DNA of 64,000 nucleotides from the human T2T-CHM13v2.0 reference genome, Homo sapiens: NCBI RefSeq assembly GCF_009914755.1, contig NC_060941.1. One strand, given 5' to 3'. The position numbers and the translations under genes are program-made. Shown here piece after piece: positions 46,800-64,000 of the stretch. How positions within the stretch are numbered: position 1 is the stretch's first letter; each line of letters begins with the position of its first letter. Under the pieces are notes generated by a model that made no database searches, was not told where the DNA came from, and saw nothing but the letters and a program-made list of their open reading frames with translations.

Positions 46800-47235
46800 T
46801 AAGGGGCCGGAGGCGGGTCCTGGGCACCAGCGGTTCCGACCCCCCCGCCCTCCGCGCCGCACCCGAGTGGCCCCCAGCCGAGCGGGCCCCCACCTCCTGG
46901 CCCGGCCTGGGCCCTCCTGCGCCTCCCTTGGCCTTTGTCCGGCGCCAGGAGGCCGGTCCCGCGCCCCCCGCGGCCGCCCGGGCCCGGGCCCGCGTCGGGC
47001 GCCTGGCTCTGTACGCGAGCCCGGGGATCTGCGGCCTTCGTGCCCCCCCTCCCCCGCCCGCCCTCTCGTGGAGCCCGGCGCCGGCGGCGGCTGCCCGGGC
47101 GGGGGGTTGCGGCGCTCAGGAGAGGCCCCGGCTCCGCCCCGGGCCTGCCCAGGGGGAGAGCGGAGCGGTCCGCAGCCGGGTCGGGTCGGGGCCCCTCCCG
47201 GGAGGAGCGTGGAGCGGCGGCGGCGGCGGCGGCAG
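46800..47235 (+). other. TLK2: TLK2 first exon (5'UTR; start approximate)
   Basis: Strong donor CAG|gtgaga after a (GCG)6 run; no ATG in the segment; TSS not determinable from sequence. Confidence 0.75.
47214..47234 (+). repeat. (GCG)6GCA trinucleotide run
   Basis: gcggcggcggcggcggcggca immediately before the donor. Confidence 0.9.
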
Positions 47236-48992
47236 GTGAGAGGCTGAGCCCCGGGCGGGGGAGGACTCCAGGCCTGGGGCATTAACCGTCCTGGGGACCC
47301 CTTTGGCCTGAGGAGCCTGCGACCTGGGCCCAGCTCGGGGCCGGCTCCGGACCGCAGCTCCTGGGCGCTGAGGCGGGAGGGGCTCCCTGAGGGCTGCGGG
47401 TCGCTGAGGGGCCGGGCAGAAGATGGGGGAGGCCCAGGCGGCCCCGGCCTGGGATTGGGGCCGGCGGCCGGAGGAGAGACGGGGGCCCCCAGGCAGCTGG
47501 AGGCCTCGGCAGCCTCCCGGGCGCCCCCGAGAGCCGGCCCTCCCTTCCTCCGTGACAGGTGGGCCTGGAGTTGGGGAAAGTTTGGAGCCGGCGAGGGGCG
47601 CCGGGACCAGGCCCCATCGCTCCTGCTTCCCGGCTGTGGGCTGCAGGGAGGATCCCAGTCCAAGGCCCCGCTGGAATTAGACGGAGTGGCTATTTCCTTA
47701 ACATGAGTTGACATTAAACGGAATAACCGCCGGGGCGTCATTTTCCGGGCCGGGCCTGGGGATGGAGGTTTGGGAAGTGTTGCGAGAGACCTTGGGGTTT
47801 GGGAGAGACTGCAACCTCTGCCATTCCGACCTCGATTAGGGCAGGGCAAGACGCGAGGAAGGCCACGGGGGAAACTCATTCTCCCAGTCTCTTTTTTTTC
47901 CTTCTTTTTCTTTTTGTAAAGATGCATTTCAACCTTTCTGAGAATTTCCTAATTCTCTCTCTAACCTGCACTTGCATGTGTGGGTGAAACTTTAATTTGT
48001 CACCTTTTCATTCCCCTTTGCCCCAGGCTCTCAATCCAGGAAGGGAAATGAAACTGAAGGACTTGTAAGGGGGTTGTTACTGGAGATTGTAGAGTTGTTG
48101 GATTGCAGAGGAGAATGTTCGATTCATCTTTTCAGTAACTTTAAAATCACACCAACCATTCCAACTACTTAATAATGTGTTCGAAGGGGTTCTATGTAAT
48201 ATGTTTCTTTTCCACTGTTAATATTAAAGAGAGGTTTTAAATGGGTCGTGTAGGAGTTGGTCTCTTGCAAAGGATGAACATATTTGCTGAAAGTAGCCTG
48301 TGCATTAATTGGTTATGGAAGTTTAAAAATGGTGTCCTCCTGCCCCTCCCTGCTTGGAAGAAGGGCTAAAAGCAGATGTCCAGAATCAAGAGAAAACTAC
48401 TGCAGGGAGTGGTCAGAAAAAGATTTTTTAAAGGGATTGTTATGGAGCTATATTAATTTACTGAGTGAATGGAGGTGGATGGTTTTACCGTGGGCTCTCT
48501 ATTAAATTTAAAATAATTCCTTTTCTCATGAGCTACTGTGAGCTCTTCAGAGACAGGAGCTGTATAATAGTGTTTTTGCAGTTATTTGTAGCTTCTGATT
48601 CATCCTATATTCTTTTGAAATTATTGTCAATGATTCATATTTTTAGTTTAAGGACTACTTCCTGAGTGGGAAATAAATATCTGAAGATACTTAGCTAGAT
48701 TAAGGCTGATAGAAGGAATTTTCTTTTTGCAGGCTAGTTCTTGTTTTGTTCTTTCCCCTGTGCTCAACTTTTACAGAAATTATATGAAGGGTTTGAGGGG
48801 TTTATTTTTGCTGTTAAAATCAAATCAGAACTAGGGAAGAAAAAGTGGCTGTCATAGAAGAGGACTTCTGAGCTGCTTTAAAACTTTTCAATATATTACT
48901 GTTTGATGCAGCACATAGTAGTCTACCACTTGTATGCTATATTTACTTGAGATTTACCTGCATTTGATCTTTCAGTGAAATAATTACTGTGA

Positions 48993-49193
<201 letters not shown>

Positions 49194-50391
49194 TAAACAC
49201 ATTTTTTAAATGATTAAGAGCAATTTGGGTAGGCCCTTCTGATAGTTTGCAGGGGAGAAGATTTGGGTCTTAATTTCAGTGAACTTTTAGATCCTACTGG
49301 TCATTCCAGTAGTCATTTAACATAGTAGGTTTGAAAATGTTCTATATGGGAATATATGTTTCTTCTTCCTTTCTGGTATAGGAGAGGTTTCTCATGGTTC
49401 TTGTTACAAGGAAACTAACAGGATGTGTGTATAGATTCTATGCCATATTTTGTTAAAACTTGTCAGCCATTCAGAAAGAAAATTACAAGGCATTGCATAG
49501 CTTTGTTACATTGGACTTTGGAGGTAGTTACATGGTAGAGTATTGAAAAATTGGCCTCTGTGAAGTCTGCAGACTCTTTACTGGTTGCACCCCCAGACTG
49601 GTTTGTTGCTCTTCTCATTCTTCCTTCTTAGTTTTTATTTTTGTTGCAGGAGCATAATATTAGATTAGGCCCCCATTAACGGGCACGTATGAAGTTAAGC
49701 AATGTTATAGTTTCCTATGCATGTTTATGTACCCACTGGTCCACCCCTCTGCTCTCATAGGATGATTTTACAATGTGTAAAATGTTTGATTTTAATACAG
49801 TATGCAAAGTATATTTACGATATTTTATTTAAAAGCTTTATTGGTCCAAGATCATATTACTTGGGCTTGAGATGTGTGAACGTATGAGCTACTGAATTTT
49901 TTTTTTTGAGACAGAGTTTTCCTCTTGTCGCCGAGGCTGGAGTGCAATGGCGTGATCTCGGCTCACTGCAGCCTCCACCTCCTGGGTTCAGGTGATGATT
50001 CTCCTGCCTCAGCCTCCTGAGTAGCTGGGATTACAGGTGCCCGCCACCACGCCCAGCTGATTTTTGTATTTTTAGTAGAGATGGGGTTTCACCATGTTGG
50101 CCAGGCTGGTCTCGAACTCCTGACCTCAGGTGATCCACCTGCCTCAGCCTCCCAAAGTGCTGGGATCACAGGCAGGAGCCACTGTGCCTGGCTGAGCTTT
50201 TGATCTTTAACCAGTGTGATACAACATTTGTTTCTGTGCTTTTCAAGAAATCCTGTCTCATGGTAACCTGGGTGTTGATCTCGTGCTTTAGTTAGTAGCT
50301 TCTCCAAGGAGAAGGCGTGTTGAGGTTTAGTTGGAAAAATGGGCTTCTTTGATGGGTCTCACAGTTTTGGTGAGCCGGGATAGCTTGATAG

Positions 50392-50574
<183 letters not shown>

Positions 50575-52171
50575 TAGTAGAGACAGGGTTTCTCCATGTT
50601 GGCCAGGCTGGGTCTCGAACTCCTGACCTCCAGTGATCTGCCTGTCTTGGTGTTCCAAAGTGCTAGGATTACAGGCATGAGCCACCACGCCCAACCAGCT
50701 TGATAGTTTTTGTTTATTCAACAAATATTGAGCACCTGCTGTATGCTAGGCATTGTGCAAGGTGTTAGGGCTGATGCTTGAGCACAGTACCTCCACATCT
50801 GCAGTATGGGGAGAGAGAGATGATACCGTGATGAGATCTGTATTAGAGCTGTGACAAGGTGCTGTGGGAACACAGGATTTGTTACATATTCTTAATTTCT
50901 TTGGCCACTTAAACAGTTTACTTTTGTGGCACTTTAGAGTGGCTGTGCCCCTGGACGTTGTATACTGAAGTTACATTTACAAATGTAAACTCTCTGATCT
51001 AGGTGAAGTAGCTTCAAATAGAAGTGAGCAATATATTTGAATACTAAATTGATCTCTAAATGACCTCTGATGTGTCTTTTTAACTTGAAGATTGAGCATA
51101 AGGCTAATGTCCAGATCTGTCTGTTTAAATGGTCCCCCTACCCCCGCCTCCCGTAAGTCAGTAAGTTTGTATTCAAATTTTACATAGTTAAGCTCACTGA
51201 TCTTTGGATTAGGGTTGTTGTTCTGTTTTTAGGTTCGTGATGGCTGTATTCAAGTATACTTTTGATGGAGTAGGGCATAAGTGATAAGAATGAGTGACAT
51301 TCAACATGTTGCTGTCTAGACCCAACTTAAAGTCATGTAACTAAGGTATCAGAAAACTTTAATACAGTAACCTATCTGTTTAATAGGAAATTCTACCTTT
51401 AACATAGAAAGAAGTTCTCTGTACAGAAAAAGAAATTTACCTATTTCCAGTTTTTTTGTTTGTTTTTGAGAGGGTCTCACTCTCTAGCCTAGGCTGGAGT
51501 GCAGTGGCACGATCTCGGCTCACCTCAACCTCCATCTCCCAGTCTCAAGCAATTCTCCTGCCTCAGCCTATAGATAGCTGGGATTACAGGCGTGCGCCAC
51601 TACCACCCTGTTAATTTTTGTATTTTTAGTAGAGATGGGGTTTTACCATGTTGGACAGGTTGGTCTTGAACTCCTGACCTCAAATGATCCACCTGCCTCT
51701 GCCTCCCAGAGTGTTGGGATTACAGGCATGAGCCACTGCACCCAGCTTTATTTCCAGTTGTTTTTATTCCATTAGTTGTTTTTTTTTTGAGACAGAGTTT
51801 TGCTCTGTCAACCAGGCTGGAGTGCAGTAGCACAATCTCGGCGCACTGCAATCTCTGCCTCCCGGGTTCAAGCTATTCTCCTGCCTCAGCCTCCTGAGTA
51901 GCTGGGACTATAGGCACCTGCTACCATGCCCAGCTAATTTTTGTATTTTTAGTAGATGGGGTTTCACCATATTGGCCAGGCTGATCTCGAACTCCCGACC
52001 TTGTGATGTGCCTGCCTCGGCCTCCCAAAGTGCTGGGATTATAGGTGTGAGCCACTGTGCCCAGCTTAAGTAGTCGTATGTTACTTTGATATTTCCAGTC
52101 ACGGTAAGTATATTGATTACAATGAATTTGTTATTTGAGGACTAGCAGGAGAGTATTTTTTTTTTCCATAA

Positions 52172-52564
<393 letters not shown>

Positions 52565-53099
52565 TAAGACATCGTACCTCTCAGACTATTGATTTGAAAT
52601 GGGGGTGTGGAGGGGATGATGATACTGGGAGAAAAGGGTGCTTTTGGAAAAACTCCTCTCCCTGGCTTTGAATTCTCATTTTGGATCATTATTTCCCAAT
52701 AAGAATATCACTGTGTTAGGGCCAGGCACGGTGGCTCACGCCTGTAATCCCAGCACTTTGGGAGGCTAAAGCAGGCAGATCACGAGGTCAGGAGATCGAG
52801 ACCATCCTGGCTAACACGGTGAAACCCCATCTCTATTAAAAAATACAAAAAATTAGCTGAGCTTGGTGGTGGGTGCCTGTAATCCCAGCTACCTGGGAGG
52901 CTGAGGCAGGAGAATGGCTGAGCCCGGGAGGCGGGGCTTGCAGTGAGCCTGGGCGACAGAGCAAGGCTCCGTCTCAAAAAACAAAACAAAACAAAAAAAG
53001 AATATCACTGTGTTGATGACAGCTTTGTTTTTCAAAGATCAAAAAAGATTTCAGCCCCTGCAGCTCCAAATAAGAGAGCAGAGTGACTTCCCTGTGATG

Positions 53100-53113
53100 G
53101 TGCCATCTAGTGG
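53100..53113 (-). promoter_or_regulatory. CTCF core motif
   Basis: Reverse complement CCACTAGATGGCAC fits CCASYAGRKGGCRS at all positions, in non-Alu sequence. Confidence 0.6.
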
Positions 53114-53718
53114 GACTGGTTCAGCCTCTTGGGCTGTCTCTTGAATTTCTCCTAACTATTCATAACATTTTTCAGTACTTTTTGATGTCCATAGAAGGAA
53201 GAAAGTCAGTGCCACTGTGGATTCTTTCCTAGTGGACAAGAGTGTTACAAGTAGCTACAGCCTTTGAACTTTCTGGTTGTTGTAAATCTTCTGTTGTATA
53301 ACTTTCGAGTTTTTTCCACCTGCAAATTAGATATACACTCCATTACTTAGACTAAAACAAAATGGCCAAATCTCCACATCTATTACTTATATTTAAGTTG
53401 CTCATTACCTATATTTAGGTTTTTAATTTTTTATTTCTAATTTTCTTGCATAGTGCAAATTTTTAATTTTCTTGCATAGTGTGTTTATAGGTAGGTACTC
53501 AGTTTCTCAGCATATTTACTTCATAATAATGGTAAAACAAAAGTCATTTATTTTGGGCTTTGGGATGCACTATTTGGTTTTTGTTTAAAAGATTGACGTT
53601 TTCTGTCATGAACTGATGAGGGGAAAGTAGTAATGTGCACCCAAAAGTCTATAGCAGGCTCTCTAGTCTAGCTGCCCCTTTTTAGGAGGACCTGGAGCCA
53701 TCGTCTTAGCAGTTTTGA

Positions 53719-53970
<252 letters not shown>

Positions 53971-54740
53971 TAGCCAGGATGGTCTCGATCTCCTGACCTC
54001 GTGATCTGCCCACCTTGGCCTCCCAAAGTGCTGGGATTACAGGTATGGGCCACTGCACCCGGCTGCTAGTTCTTTATGTCTTGTTGACTTGACATGTGAG
54101 CTGTCCTACCTCTTTTTTTGAGACGGGGTCTCACTCTGTCACCTGGGCTAGAGTGCAGTGGCGCGATCTCGGCTCGCTGCAGCCTCTGCCTCCCAGGTTC
54201 AAGCGATTCTCTTGCCTCAGCCTCCCCAAGTAGCTAGGACTACAGGCGTGTGCCACTATTCTCAGCTAATTTTTATATTTTTAGTAGAGATGGGGTTTTG
54301 CCATGTTAGTTGGCCAGGATGGTCTCTCTCTCTTGACCTCATGATCCGCCCGCCTCGGCCTCCCAAATTGCTGTGATGACAGGCGTGAGCCACCGCGCCT
54401 GGCCTGTCCTACCTCTTTTTAAAGACCTCTTCCTGTAAGCACTGGATGATCTACTTCTAGTAATGTGAAACTGACTATATCTTGAATTCATATGTTTTCA
54501 ATCAACCTGTTGCAGTTTATATTTCACACCCTGCTCCCTTTTGACAGTTTAAGTACAGATAGTCTCAGCAGTTCTGGAGACCATGTAAAGTAGGCAGAAT
54601 TTCACCCTTGCATGCATTGTTACTTGTACCTAGTTGGATATCAATGCTAATACAGTAGCAAATACTTATAATACTGTGTGCCAGGTACTGTTCCAACAGT
54701 ACAACAAAAGCAATAAGAAATGAATTTAGATCTTTTATAA

Positions 54741-55560
<820 letters not shown>

Positions 55561-55588
55561 GTATCTTTTTTTTTTTTTTTTTTTTTGA

Positions 55589-55750
<162 letters not shown>

Positions 55751-55883
55751 TAGAGATGGGGTTTCTTCATGTTGGTCAGGTTGTTCTTGAACTTCCGACC
55801 TCAAGTGATCTGCCTACCTCGGCCTCCCAAAGTGCTGGGATTACAGGTGTGAGCCAGTGCGCCCGGCGGCAAGTATCTTTTAA

Positions 55884-56204
<321 letters not shown>

Positions 56205-57118
56205 TAAATTTTTAAGTCTGATACATCACATTATATAATCAAATTGACTTCTGAAAAGGTATTTAACCAACTGATACCTTTCTTTTCATGTAGTTCATTG
56301 CAGCAATTAGAAGCTTTCAGTTATGAATATCTAGTGTCAGCTTTTTCACATACCAAAGTCACTTTCATTTTTTAAAAATGTTTGTATGTCTTACATTTAA
56401 TTACATGCCTGACAATTCTCAACAAGTATGAATGCTGAGAAATGGCCTATACTTATATTGATGCATTTTAAGGAACTGTGGATTAATTTACTTTAGTATT
56501 TATTTGATTTCCTCCTTATTTCACATGTAGTCAAGTACCAACACGTGCCTCTTTCTCTGAAATTTCTGAAGTGTTTTTCTGCCCCCATTGCTACTGCCTT
56601 AATCCAGACTGTTTTTATTCATAACTTGAAATTCTAGTTTGGAAGTCTTGCACTCTTTCTGTTCTTTTATTGGTTACCACAGAAATTACAACAGATATTT
56701 TTAACTTATCAAAGGTTAATGTTAATACCTTTGTCTTCCTCTTGGTCAGTACGAGGGCCTTGAAGATTTTTTTTTTTTTTTTTTTTTTTGAGATGGGGTG
56801 TCACTCTGTCACCCAGGCTGGAGTGAAGTGGCATGATCATGGCTCACTGCAGCCTTGACCTCCTGGGCTCAAGTGCTCCTCCCGCCTCAGCCTCCTGAGT
56901 AGCTGGGCCTACAGGCACACACCACCACACTTGAATAATTTTTGTAGTTTTTCTTTTTATAAATTTAGAAAAAAAATGCCTCCCATCAGCATCTTGCAAA
57001 TTTTTGTATTTTTTGTAGAAACAGTTTTGCCATGTTGCCCAGACTGGTGACCTTGAAGATTTAACTCCATTTATTCCCCTCACAATTCACACGCCATTGC
57101 TGTTCTGTATTTAATTGT

Positions 57119-57120
<2 letters not shown>

Positions 57121-57152
<32 letters not shown>
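57121..57152 (+). repeat. (GT)16 microsatellite
   Basis: Perfect GT run. Confidence 0.95.
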
Positions 57153-57157
<5 letters not shown>

Positions 57158-57431
57158 TTTTTTTTTTTTTGAGACATGGTCTCACTGTGTCACCCAGGCT
57201 TGAGTGCAGTGGTGCGATTTCAGCTCACTGAAACCTCTGCCTTCTGGGCTCAAGTGATTCTTCTGCCTCAACCTCCTGAGTATCTGGGACTAAAGGCACG
57301 TGCCACCATGCCCGGCTAATTTTTCTTTTTTTGTATTTTTAGTAGAGATGGGGTTTCATCATGTTGGCCAGGCTGATCTCGAACTCCTAACCTCAGGCGA
57401 TCCGCCAGCCTTGGCCTCCCAAAGTGCTGGG

Positions 57432-57704
57432 ATTACAGGTGTGAGCTACTGTGCCCAGTCTGTATGTTTTCTAGAGCTCTTTTAGGTTTATAGAAAATTG
57501 AGCAGCTAATGCAGAGTTCCTATATACTTCCTCACCCTATTTTCTCATTATTCACATTTTGCATTATTACAGGTGTGAGCTACCATGCCCAGCCTGTATA
57601 TTTTCTAGAGCACTTTTAGGTTTATAGAAAATTGAGCTGCTAATAACAGAGTTCCCATATACTTCCTTACCCTAGTTTCTCATTATTCACATTTTGCATT
57701 ATTA
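57432..57704 (+). repeat. Tandem duplication of a ~134-bp unit
   Basis: Unit 1 at 57432-57565 and unit 2 at 57566-57700; about 11 differences by hand alignment. Confidence 0.9.
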
Positions 57705-57737
57705 GTGTCTTTGTTACAATTGATGATACGTTATTAA

Positions 57738-58163
<426 letters not shown>

Positions 58164-58479
58164 TAGACCTTTTCATTGTGTTTTCTCTGCCTCTTACCCT
58201 GTCTCTTGTATTGCTTGTCTTTTTGTTTTCTTATCTAAATACTTGGTAGTTTCTTGTGACCTATCTTCCACTTGATTAATTTTCTCTTTAGATTTGCCTA
58301 ATCTACATAAACCTATATGTTGAAATTTTATAAGAGCTGAGTCACTCTTATCCTGAGGGTGTAGCCCATGGGTCTTCTAATGTATGGGGTGGCTTTCCCA
58401 CACTCCCCTCATTGGGCAGGGTCTGGGCTTTGACTTTCTTCTCTCTCTATACTCCCAGGCCTCTTAAATTATAGCTTAA

Positions 58480-58842
<363 letters not shown>

Positions 58843-60374
58843 TGAAATCATTTTTTATTTTTAAATTTTAACTTTTAGCGACAGGACTTCATCCCCAGGC
58901 TGGCCTCAAACTCCTGGGCTCAAGTGATTCTCCCACCTCAGCCTCCTAAGTAGCTGAGACAACAGGCATGTGCCATTGCACCCAGCAGAAGTGATTTTTT
59001 TGAGTTCTGGTCTTGTGTCTCTGGATTCTTGACTTCTTACAGAAGTAATTCTTTATTTCATTGCTTTGCAGTCAATAATATAAAACTAACACTTAGTGTG
59101 TGTGAACTCTTGTGTCACTATAAAGTTTACCTCCTTGTGACTTTCACTTCTCATCTGCTTCCTTCTTCCTTCCTGCCTATAAGTGGTTGGCATTGGCGTT
59201 GTCATCACTCTTGGCCTTTAAAGTCATTTATTTCCTATTCTCTGTTTACTTTTAGTTAAATTCAGATTAAATGGAAAGATTTCTTAAAATTTTATTTTTA
59301 AGAAAGGCCATGAGAGGGAAAACAAATAAGGTATATTATCAGTGGTTTCTTATTTCATACCTGGGTCTAGGGATAATTTGACTTAGTTCTATTCTTCCTC
59401 TCTACCTTGTCTGGGTCTTAAATTGTTAGGTTCCTCCTGGTGGTATGTTTCACTTGATCCTGGCTACTACTAGATGTGATGGGATTAGTTTGGAATCTAC
59501 TTCCTAATATGTTGGCCATGGTTAGCTAAGTACTTCATATATTTATTTATTTATTTTTGAGACAGTCTTGCTCTGTCCCCAGGCTCCTCGAGTGCAGTAG
59601 CGTGATCTCGGCTCACTGCAAGCTCCGCTTCCTGGGTTCAAGCAATTCTGCCTCAGCCTCCCTAGTAGTTGGGACTATAGGTGGGTGCCACCATGCCCTG
59701 CTAATTTTTGTATTTTTAGTAGAGATGGGGTTTCACCGTGTTGGCCAGGATGGTCTCGATCTCCTGACCTCATGATCCACCCGTCTTGGCCTCCCAAAGC
59801 ACTGGGATTACAGGCGTGAGCCCTCACACCCGGCCCCCATATCTTACTCTTAACATATCCTTTTTCTAAAAAACTGCATATATTGCAAAGTATTGGAGTA
59901 GGAATAATATAACTTTGATACTAGAATCTGCTAAGAAGTTAGCTAGCTCTAGTTAACTTAGGAGTCATTTCAATTCTCTGGGCACTTCCAATTTAAGAAT
60001 TTTATGTTTGATGAACTACACAAAAAGAGGAAGCCAGATTTGAGATACAGGATAATAAATTCCAAAAATTCCAGTTAAGTATTAATAGTGTGAAAGAATG
60101 AGTGGTGGTATTAAAATATAAACCTTCAGGAACAAAGGTTCTATAGGATAAAATCTGCCAAAATTATTTCCTTCATTTTGTATATATATAGCCTTTTGGG
60201 AACATGGGTTGCATACAATAAAATAACGATATTAGAAAAATACCATAGGAGCAAGAAAAGTACCTTGTTTTGCCCATTAAATATACTCCGAAGACAGCAG
60301 TGAGGAAAATAAAGGTGAAATATTTTTCTAAAAATAGTCTCAGAATAAGGATGGTGTCTGTTTTCTAGTCCTAA

Positions 60375-60587
<213 letters not shown>

Positions 60588-60589
60588 TA

Positions 60590-60682
<93 letters not shown>

Positions 60683-61692
60683 TTACAGGCATGAGCCACT
60701 GCGCCTGGCCCAGAACTTTTTCATCTTCCCAAATCGTAACTCCATGCCCATTAAATAATAACTCCCAGGCCAGGCACAATGGTTCAAGCCCATAATTTCA
60801 CTATTTTGGGAGGCCGAGGTGGGCAGATCACAAAATCAGGAGTTCGAGACCAGCCTGGCCAACATAGTGAAACCCCAACTCTACTAAAAATACAAAAAAG
60901 TTAGCCGGGCATGTTGGTGGGCACCTGTAATTACAGCTACTTAGGAGGCTGATGCAAGAGAATCACTTGAACCGGGAGGTGGAGGTTGCAGTGAGCCGAG
61001 ATCATGCCACTGCACTCCAGTCTAGTCGACAAAGCAAGACTCCGTCTCAAAAAACAAAACAATGACAACGAAAAAACCTCCCAATAACTCCCCAGGCCCT
61101 GGCAACTATCATTCTGTTTTTCCATCTCTGTGAATTTGACTACTCTAGGTACTAATGTGAATGAAATCATAGCAGTATTTGTCCTTTTGACTGGCTTGTT
61201 TCACTTAGCATAGTATCTTCGAAGTTTATCTGTGTTGTAGTATATGTCAAAATTTCATTTCCTTCCTTTTTAAGGCTGAGTAATATTTCATTGTATGCAT
61301 ATACCACATCTTGTTTATTCATTCATCTGTTGATGGACCCTCGGGTTACTTTTACCATTTGGCTATTGTGAATAGTGCTATGAAAAAACAAATGCTGCTG
61401 CTATGAAAGTGGCTGTAGTCTTGCAGTGCCTGCTTTAAATTCTTGTGGCTGCAGACCCAGAAGTTGAATTGTTGGATCATATTAAACTGTACTCTTTTGT
61501 TGACCTCCTCTCAGGCCTTATTAATAAGGGACAGCTAGAAAATAGTGGTTCTTTTAATTCACATTCTACAAAAGCTTTAGAAGTCTTAGAAATCCTGTTA
61601 ACATATGCAGATGAACTAGTAATGACAGTCAAATTGCAACTATTACAAATAGTATTATTGGCCCAGTAAGTAAGAACTAAGCTACCATGTAA

Positions 61693-61938
<246 letters not shown>

Positions 61939-62080
61939 TAGACTTTCATGTTAGTCAAACCGTAGGTTACTTTTAGAATATCACACATTTGCTAATTTGC
62001 TATCCAGATTTGCTGTACTAGAATTTTACTGTATTTTATTTTGTTTTGTTTTTGAGACAGAGTCTCACTCTGTTGCCTAG

Positions 62081-62668
<588 letters not shown>

Positions 62669-62916
62669 TAGTCTTGAGGCATTTATAATCAGACAAACAG
62701 GGACTCAGATGCCTATGGCACATAGCTGAGGATGGATATGCTGATGGGAAGGTATTATGATCCCAGAATAAGGGAGTATAATTAACTTGTTCATTGTGTA
62801 TTGCTCAGAAAGCAGAATTAAGATTACTGTAGATTGGCTGGGTGTGGTGGCTCATGCCTATCATCCTAGCACTTTGGGAGACCGAGGCAGGTGAATCACT
62901 GGAGGTGAGGAGTTTA

Positions 62917-63155
<239 letters not shown>

Positions 63156-63391
63156 TCATGGCCGGGCATGAGGTGGTGGTGAGCCAAGATCACACCATTG
63201 CAGTCTAGCCCGCGCAACAGGAGGGAAACTCCATCTCAAAAAACAAAAAACTCAGAACAATTTTGATACAATATTATTAGGAATAAATTAAAGAATGATT
63301 AGTATAGGATAGCTTGGTTTTGAAGCTTAGCAAAAGAGTTTAGAGTCCAGGGCAGAGGCCTTTTTTATTTTTTATTTTTATTTTTAGATAG

Positions 63392-63547
<156 letters not shown>

Positions 63548-63560
63548 TAATTAATCTTGA

Positions 63561-63848
<288 letters not shown>

Positions 63849-64000
63849 TGAGCTCAGACAATCCACCCACCTCTGCCTCTCAAAGTGCTGTGATTACAGG
63901 TGTAAGCCACCATGCCTGGCCCCAAAATTAAAATTTTTTACTAGTTAATATATAGTACACAATTCAGAATCTTTCACAGATATACAGTGAAACATCTCTT

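Larger units (their letters stand above)
45850..47860. promoter_or_regulatory. TLK2: CpG island promoter of TLK2
   Basis: About 2 kb of very GC- and CpG-rich sequence in a CpG-depleted window; several GGGGCGGG boxes; reverse CCAAT (ATTGG 46597-46601); TCTCGCGAGG at 46725-46734. Confidence 0.93.

Noticed and set aside
46518-47927. 469-aa minus-strand ORF, plus the 321-aa and 262-aa ORFs over the CpG island
   Set aside because: Low-complexity Pro/Gly/Arg/Ala translations expected from stop-poor GC-rich DNA; several overlapping frames are open and no domain is recognisable
53438-53481. Short direct repeat taattttcttgcatagtg x2, and 10-nt duplications inside Alus (e.g. 17891-17910)
   Set aside because: Ordinary slippage micro-duplications with no sign of function

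Overview
Primate (human-like) genomic DNA, very Alu-dense (roughly half the window by eye), containing parts of two spliced protein-coding genes on the + strand. (1) The 3' half of METTL2A (tRNA m3C32 methyltransferase): five coding exons at 3163-3223, 8549-8688, 12769-12875, 15633-15698 and 16507-16661. They splice in a consistent frame to ...[30 protein letters not shown]...[11 protein letters not shown], followed by a probable ~4.6 kb Alu-rich 3'UTR. (2) The CpG-island promoter, non-coding first exon (donor after 47235), first coding exon ([27 protein letters not shown], 49071-49151) and the start of the long next intron of TLK2. From recall, the METTL2A-TLK2 adjacency matches human 17q23. 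Almost all other ORFs in the track are Alu or GC-rich artefacts. I found no new multi-gene biological system. The best second-look items are: a 66-bp fragment plus Alu start shared between TLK2 intron 2 and the breakpoint of an inverted Tigger1 in METTL2A, 51 kb away; an L1 whose target-site duplication copied a METTL2A 5' splice site; an ERV1-LTR RNA 3' end retrocopied with poly(A) and TSD; a TLK2 first exon open in frame with the start codon; and a palindrome cluster at the TLK2 core promoter. Exon numbers and repeat family names are from memory, and repeat boundaries are approximate.
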